Source of the DNA: an uncultured Flavonifractor sp.
Lineage (GTDB): Bacteria > Bacillota > Clostridia > Oscillospirales > Oscillospiraceae
NCBI GenBank assembly: GCA_944383135.1
Contig: CALWOL010000074.1
Location: 5,483 to 69,482, forward strand
DNA length: 64,000 nt
Direction: 5' to 3'
Shown: piece by piece, positions 59,089 through 64,000 of the stretch
Layout of the letters: each line of letters begins with the position of its first letter
Position numbering within the stretch: position 1 is the stretch's first letter
Translations under genes and position numbers: made by a program
Notes under the pieces: model-generated
Database searches by the model: none
What the model was told of the DNA's origin: nothing
What the model saw: only the letters and a program-made list of their open reading frames with translations

Positions 59089-60150
59089 ATGACGGCAGAG
59101 GAAATTTATGAGCAGATGGTGGACCTGTTCCAGGAGGAGACGGGACTGACCCTCAGCGGCGGCGGCGACATGGCGGTGCGGCTCTACGCCGTGGCCAGCC
59201 AGATATATGGGCTGTACGTGCAGGCCGACTGGGTGAACCGGCAGTGCTTTCCTCAGACCGCCGTGGAGGACTACCTGGACCTCCATGCCCAGCTGCGGGG
59301 CCTCACACGGCGGGAGGCGACGGCGGCGGAGGGCGTGATTCGCTTTGAGATTGACGCCGCCGCCGATGCGGATTTGGTGATCGATGCGGGCACGGTGTGC
59401 ATGACCGCCGCCGGCGTGCGCTTTGAGACCACGGAGGAGGGGACGCTTGCCAGCGGCAAGACGGCGGTGGACCTCCCGGCCCGGGCGGTGGAGCCGGGGG
59501 CGGCGGGAAATGTGGCGGCGGGGGCCATCCGGGCCATGGCGGTGGCTCCGGTGGGGATCAGCCGCTGCACCAACCCGGCGGGCTTCTCCGGCGGGCTGGA
59601 CGCCGAGGACGATGAGACCCTCCGCACCCGGGTGCTGGAGACCTTCCGGCGTATGCCCAACGGCGCCAACGCCGCCTATTACGAGCAGGAGGCCATGTCC
59701 TTTTCCCAGGTGGCGGCGGCTGTGGCGGTCCCCCGGCCCAGAGGGGTGGGGACCGTGGATGTGGTGGTATCCACCCCGGCGGGGGTACCGGACGGGGAGC
59801 TGCTGGAGGAATTACAGCAGTATTTTGAACAGCGGCGGGAGATTGCCGTGGAGGTTCAGGTGCGGGCGCCGGAGGTCAAAAACGTGCCGGTGACCATCCG
59901 GTTGGCGGCGGAGGACAACCGGGATGGGGCCGCCGTGCGCCAGGCGGTGGAGCAGGTCATCCGCAGCTGGTTCGATGGACGGCTGCTGGGGCAGAGCATC
60001 CTCCGGGCCAAGCTGGGAGCGCTTGTGTTCGCGGTGGATGGGGTAAAAAACTACGTGATTGACGCCCCCGCCGCCGATGTGGCGGTGGAGAGCGACGTGC
60101 TGCCGCAATTGTCAAAAATTACGATTTCTGAACTGGGGGCGGCGGTATGA
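59089..60150 (+). CDS. Baseplate J/gp47 family protein (XkdT-like)
   Basis: FPQTA..DYLD, GAAGNV, GGLDAEDDETLR.R, GVGTVDV. Confidence 0.9.
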   Translation: MTAEEIYEQMVDLFQEETGLTLSGGGDMAVRLYAVASQIYGLYVQADWVNRQCFPQTAVEDYLDLHAQLRGLTRREATAAEGVIRFEIDAAADADLVIDAGTVCMTAAGVRFETTEEGTLASGKTAVDLPARAVEPGAAGNVAAGAIRAMAVAPVGISRCTNPAGFSGGLDAEDDETLRTRVLETFRRMPNGANAAYYEQEAMSFSQVAAAVAVPRPRGVGTVDVVVSTPAGVPDGELLEELQQYFEQRREIAVEVQVRAPEVKNVPVTIRLAAEDNRDGAAVRQAVEQVIRSWFDGRLLGQSILRAKLGALVFAVDGVKNYVIDAPAADVAVESDVLPQLSKITISELGAAV

Positions 60151-60716
60151 GCGGACACGGGGAGGCTTTGCGGCAGCTGCTGCGGCCCCTGAGAGTATAT
60201 GAGCTGGGGAGCACGGTCAACGGCGGAGAGCTGGACGCCCAGGGGGCGGCCCTGGATGGTGTTCTGGACACGCTGGAGGAAATCCAGCAAGAGATGCTCC
60301 TCACCACCGCCCAGGGGCGGGGACTGGAGGCCATTGAGGCTCTGCTGATCCGAAAGCCGGTGACGGATGATTTGGAGATGCGGCGGGCCGCCCTGGCCGC
60401 CCTGCTGCGCATCGGGGGAGACAGCTTTACCCCGGCGGCCATCAATGACAATCTGAAGGGCTGTGGGGTCAACGCCGTGGCGGAAGAGACCGGTACGCCG
60501 GGAAAAGTAAAGGTGCGCTTTCCCGACGTGCCCGGGATTCCGGATGGGTTTGCGGAGATGCGGCTTATCATTGAGAGCATCCTCCCCGCCCATGTGGAGG
60601 TGGAGTATGTCTACTGGTACGTCACCTGGGCCATACTGGAGGCAAAGTTCCACACATGGGGCGAAATTGAGGAGCTGAACCCCACCTGGGAAGAGATGGA
60701 GAAAATGGTGACATAA
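60147..60716 (+). CDS. Baseplate protein DUF2313/XkdU-like
   Basis: TAQGRGL, ILPAHV, C-terminal repeated TW motifs; follows baseplate J. Confidence 0.7.
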   Translation: MSGHGEALRQLLRPLRVYELGSTVNGGELDAQGAALDGVLDTLEEIQQEMLLTTAQGRGLEAIEALLIRKPVTDDLEMRRAALAALLRIGGDSFTPAAINDNLKGCGVNAVAEETGTPGKVKVRFPDVPGIPDGFAEMRLIIESILPAHVEVEYVYWYVTWAILEAKFHTWGEIEELNPTWEEMEKMVT

Positions 60717-60747
60717 AAAAGCGGCCCCGCTAGGGGCCGCTTTTTTA
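60715..60747. terminator. Bidirectional terminator (right boundary of phage-like operon)
   Basis: AAAAAAGCGGCCCC-gcta-GGGGCCGCTTTTTT. Confidence 0.9.
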
Positions 60748-60749
60748 TG

Positions 60750-61244
60750 TCAGGGAGAGAGCCGTGAGAGAATGGCGGTGAGCTGGGTCTGACTCAGAGT
60801 GCCCTGGGGATTCAGACGTCCCCCTTCCGACCAGTCCATCAGTCCTGTGCCGGCGGCCCAGTAGAGGGAGTCGTCTGCCCAGGGGGAGATGTCCTCGTAG
60901 TCGTTGCACCGGGCGATTTCCGGGAAGGTTACGTCCCGGCCCACGCTGGCGGCGTACCGCCGGAGCAGGATGGCGGCCTCCTCCCTGGTGATGGGACGGT
61001 CCGGAGTAAAGAGCAGGCCGCCGGTCCCCTGAATCAGGCCCTGGTCATGGGCCCAGCCCACGGCGGGGGCCCATGAGGCATGGGCGGGTACGTCGGAAAA
61101 GGGCTGCACCCCTGTGCCCGGCAGGGCTCCCGCCCAATTCCAGAGAGCGGCGACAAACTGGGCCCGGGTGACGGGAACCTCCACCGCGGCGGCGGCGGGT
61201 ACCAGCAGGGTGAGCAGCAGCAGGGCGGGAATCAACTGTCGCAT
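60750..61244 (-). CDS. Small secreted SLH-domain protein
   Basis: Signal peptide; VTRAQF, FSDVP, FTPDRPITREEA; RBS AAGGAGG. Confidence 0.85.
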   Translation of the reverse strand: MRQLIPALLLLTLLVPAAAAVEVPVTRAQFVAALWNWAGALPGTGVQPFSDVPAHASWAPAVGWAHDQGLIQGTGGLLFTPDRPITREEAAILLRRYAASVGRDVTFPEIARCNDYEDISPWADDSLYWAAGTGLMDWSEGGRLNPQGTLSQTQLTAILSRLSP

Positions 61245-61305
61245 GGCATATCCTCCTTTACGGAGAGCATACCATAAACTGGAAAACTATGCTGTCGAAG
61301 GAGGG

Positions 61306-62013
61306 CTATGCCGTGGGGTCGTAGGCGCAGACCAGATTGCCGGCGGCGTCGTAGCCCCGGCACCAGATGGACATGCTGCCGCCGCTGCGGCTTTCATCCT
61401 CCGGGTCGATGGGCCAGGAGGCGGTCACGGACTCCCCCACCCACACGCCGTTTCCGGCGGAGCTCCAGGAGATGGGGACGCCCCGCTCGGCCAAGGCCTG
61501 CCGGGTATCCTCCCAGCTCGCCAGAATCAGCGCCTCCCCCTCCAGCCGCACCACCGAGGGCTCGGTGCAGATGGCAAGAGGAATCAGCTCGGTGGAATAT
61601 CTGGGGAAAATAAAGGGATCGTCGTCCACGGGGGAAGCGTACGGGGAATAGGCCCCACAGGTGGAGAAAAGAGTGGGACTGCCGGTGGCGGCGGGGTCTA
61701 TGAGATAAAATCCCGATACCCGCCAAAGCAGGCCGGCGGTGCGCTGAAGCTCCACCAGGGCGTAAGTGTCTCCAGAGCGGAGCACCGCCCAGGCATCGGC
61801 GTCCGGACTGGCCTGCTCCATACGGACGGGACCGGAGGCCAGCAGCTCCCCGCCGGTGAAGCAGTTGGCGGAGGAGGCCTGTGCCAGCGCCAGGGATTGG
61901 GAGGGCAGCGGCCGCTCCAGGGAGAGCCAGAGCAGAAACAGGGCCGCCAGCAGGGCCAGGGCGCTGAGGGCCAGCAGAATACGGGGGAGGATGACATAGC
62001 GGAAGCGGCTCAT
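61306..62013 (-). CDS. Membrane-anchored hypothetical protein (paralog B1)
   Basis: N-terminal TM; GLLWR; C-terminal IWCRGYDAAGNLVC shared with 62732-63457. Confidence 0.75.
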   Translation of the reverse strand: MSRFRYVILPRILLALSALALLAALFLLWLSLERPLPSQSLALAQASSANCFTGGELLASGPVRMEQASPDADAWAVLRSGDTYALVELQRTAGLLWRVSGFYLIDPAATGSPTLFSTCGAYSPYASPVDDDPFIFPRYSTELIPLAICTEPSVVRLEGEALILASWEDTRQALAERGVPISWSSAGNGVWVGESVTASWPIDPEDESRSGGSMSIWCRGYDAAGNLVCAYDPTA

Positions 62014-62780
62014 GGCTGGGGCACCTCCTCCTGTAAGGTGAGGTAGATGGTGACGGATTCCTCGGTAGAGCTGAGGGTGACGGTGAACCTCCGGGCGCCG
62101 GGGGTGGGGTTCACGATGCGCAGCCAGGCGGTGGAGCCCAGCAGGGCGTTCTCATAGTAAGTGGAGAAGTAGGCGTAGCCGGAGGCGCCGGTGTCATCCC
62201 TCCAGGCGGCGCGGGCCTGATAGGCCGCCATGGGCGGGCGCCAGGGCTGGCAGTGGGTGATGGCAACCGGACACTGGAGCTGGTATTCCTGATTGGTCAC
62301 CCCTTCCGGATACTCCCAGGATACCAGCGCCAGAGCGGCCTGGCCGGTGGGGGTAAGGGTGTAGCCCGCCAGCTTTCCCCCGCCGGCGGCGGCGCCGGAG
62401 ATCTCCAGGGTGCCGTCATAGGGCAGGTGGGCGGCTTGAGGAAATAGACCGGTCAGGGCAAAGATGCCGGTGTCGTTCCGGAAGCCGATGATGAGGCTGA
62501 GCAGCAGGGCGGCCAGGGCCAGCAGGAGGAAAATCCGGGACAGCTTGGGGAGCAGGGGGCTGTGGCAGCGGTCCAGCTGATGGCCCAGCTCATAGGGGTC
62601 CCCCATGGCCTCCACCGCCCGCTGGGCAGCCTGGTCGGCGGGGACGCCCTGCTCCTCCAGAGCGGCGGCGTGGTCCTCCAGGTGGGCCAGCAGCTCCTTC
62701 CGGGCCACCCGGCGGGCGGGCTTCCAGCGAATCACAGAGCACACCTGAGCGCAGAAGGTATCAAATGGTTTGGATGCCAT
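62010..62780 (-). CDS. Permease-prefix-domain-1-like membrane protein (paralog A1)
   Basis: ELLAHLED...A..RAVEAMGDP.ELG..L...H, then one TM and an extracellular domain; RBS GAGGTG. Confidence 0.8.
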   Translation of the reverse strand: MASKPFDTFCAQVCSVIRWKPARRVARKELLAHLEDHAAALEEQGVPADQAAQRAVEAMGDPYELGHQLDRCHSPLLPKLSRIFLLLALAALLLSLIIGFRNDTGIFALTGLFPQAAHLPYDGTLEISGAAAGGGKLAGYTLTPTGQAALALVSWEYPEGVTNQEYQLQCPVAITHCQPWRPPMAAYQARAAWRDDTGASGYAYFSTYYENALLGSTAWLRIVNPTPGARRFTVTLSSTEESVTIYLTLQEEVPQP

Positions 62781-63457
62781 GGTTTCACCTCATTCCAGGG
62801 GTCGGGCGGGTTGGCACAGACCAGATTGCCGGCGGCGTCATAGCCCCGGCACCAGATGGTGAGGGAACTGGCGTTTTCCTCGGAGGGGGGTACGGTTACC
62901 GAGGAGGAGACCCATACGCCGTCCGCCACCTGGGTAAAGTCCGGGGAGACCCCCCGGCGGTCCATAGCGGCCTGGGCGTTTTCCTGTTCGCTCATCCCCA
63001 GGTGGGCCAGCCGGGCCTCCACCCGGACCACCGAGGGGTCGGTGCAGACGATTACGGGGGTGAGTTCTGTTCCCTCTGTGCCCAGGAAATAGGTTCCCAT
63101 GGGCCGGACGAAGAGGGACTGTTCGGTTTCTGACAGGTCGTATCGGACAGCCCGGTCGGCGTTCCGCCACAGGAACCCGGCCAGCTTTTCCAGAGTATAA
63201 AAGTGGATGCTGTCCCCGTTTCTGCCCACAAACCACCAGGTGTTTTGAGGAGCGTTGATGGCGGCCGGGTCCTGATATTGAATGGGGCCGGAGGCCAGCA
63301 GGGAAACGCCGGACACGTAGCGCTCCCGATCCAGCCGGGCGCAGATGGCGGCGGCGGTGGGCAGCGGGGCGTCCAGGGAGAGCCACAGGAGGAAGAGACT
63401 GGCCAGCAGGGCCAGGGAGCTGAGGGCCAGCAGGATGGAGAAGCGGAAGCGCTTCAC
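62732..63457 (-). CDS. Membrane-anchored hypothetical protein (paralog B2)
   Basis: GTG at 63457 overlaps the upstream TGA, with GGAGGTG RBS; paralog of 61306-62013. Confidence 0.75.
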   Translation of the reverse strand: MKRFRFSILLALSSLALLASLFLLWLSLDAPLPTAAAICARLDRERYVSGVSLLASGPIQYQDPAAINAPQNTWWFVGRNGDSIHFYTLEKLAGFLWRNADRAVRYDLSETEQSLFVRPMGTYFLGTEGTELTPVIVCTDPSVVRVEARLAHLGMSEQENAQAAMDRRGVSPDFTQVADGVWVSSSVTVPPSEENASSLTIWCRGYDAAGNLVCANPPDPWNEVKPWHPNHLIPSALRCAL

Positions 63458-63999
63458 GATGACGGCACCTCCTCCTCCAGAAAGACGTTCAGGATACACT
63501 GGTCACCGGGCTTGCCCAGCGTGATGGAAAACCGGCGTCTGCCGGGCGTGGCCTCCTCCAGATACAGGCACCAGCGGGAGGAGAGAAGGGTGGAGCTTGT
63601 CGTGACAATCTCTACCGCGCCGGAGCCGCCGGTAAGGTCATGCCACACGGCGGGGATATAGTAAGGATACAGATTATCCAGCCAGGGCTGCCAGTGGGAG
63701 ACGGTGACAGAAACCTGCACCTCCGGGTGGGCGGGGATGCTGGCGGTGCCGCTGGTCCGGATTAGGGCGGCTTGGTTGGCCCGGATGGTGTAGCCGCCAA
63801 CCTTGCCCTGGCCCTGGGCGGACCCGCCCGCCAGCAGGGTCTCCTGGGGCCAGAGGGGGAGAGAGGCGGCGGGGAGAACGAAATCCTCATAGCGGAACAG
63901 CCCGGTCATGCGGGCCACCCCGATACAGAAACCAAAGAGGAAGAACACGCAGGCAAAGACGGCCAGAATCCGGGACAGCCGGGGGACCAGAGGACTGTG
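63454..63999 (-). CDS. Paralog A2 of 62010-62780, 5'-truncated by window edge
   Basis: Frame open to the edge; HSPLVPRLSRI vs HSPLLPKLSRI; HWQPW, TPG.RRF, EEVP shared. Confidence 0.75.
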   Translation of the reverse strand, partial: HSPLVPRLSRILAVFACVFFLFGFCIGVARMTGLFRYEDFVLPAASLPLWPQETLLAGGSAQGQGKVGGYTIRANQAALIRTSGTASIPAHPEVQVSVTVSHWQPWLDNLYPYYIPAVWHDLTGGSGAVEIVTTSSTLLSSRWCLYLEEATPGRRRFSITLGKPGDQCILNVFLEEEVPSS

Positions 64000-64000
64000 G

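Larger units (their letters stand above)
47985..60716 (+). other. PBSX-like virion morphogenesis operon (candidate GTA / domesticated phage particle)
   Basis: Co-oriented, mostly overlapping head-neck-contractile tail-baseplate genes; no integrase, replication, repressor, lysis or fibre genes; terminators at both ends. Confidence 0.8.

Noticed and set aside
47985-60716. Interpretation as an intact temperate prophage, or as a tailocin/eCIS
   Set aside because: No integrase, att site, immunity, replication or lysis genes for a prophage; terminase, portal and capsid genes are inconsistent with a headless tailocin. A decayed prophage cannot be excluded but no decay is visible.
1-64000. tRNA, rRNA, IS elements or integrases
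   Set aside because: None recognised by eye; a tRNAscan-SE/Rfam/ISEScan run would be needed to exclude them formally.

Overview
High-GC chromosomal segment of a spore-forming clostridial Firmicute. spoIVB-spo0A and four SLH proteins are present, and gene content and style suggest Oscillospiraceae (inference). Left to right: (1) the end of a cell-envelope acylation operon (MBOAT, SGNH/DltD-like protein, a polytopic GT-C-like protein ending in a DltX-like acyl-shuttle motif, and an LTA synthase-SLH fusion); (2) glnA-ANTAR regulator-gltB-gltD with ANTAR-type hairpins and terminators; (3) spoIVB-spo0A; (4) housekeeping genes (mutY, tdk, hemW, lplA, murA, rlmH, a phosphosugar mutase, rnj); (5) a sigma54 activator with a two-hydrolase operon; (6) a MacAB-like ABC exporter plus an SLH protein; (7) NlpC/P60 and WYL genes; (8) a tandemly duplicated membrane-protein gene pair at the right edge. 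The standout is 47985-60716, a terminator-bounded, apparently intact, host-like operon of 18 PBSX-like virion genes (terminases, portal, capsid, contractile tail, baseplate). It has a clear -1 frameshift signal and only a 162-aa ORF at the tape-measure position. It has no integrase, repressor, replication, lysis or tail-fibre gene, so it is a candidate domesticated gene transfer agent (GTA)-like particle. All product calls come from motif recognition and synteny; no database searches were run.
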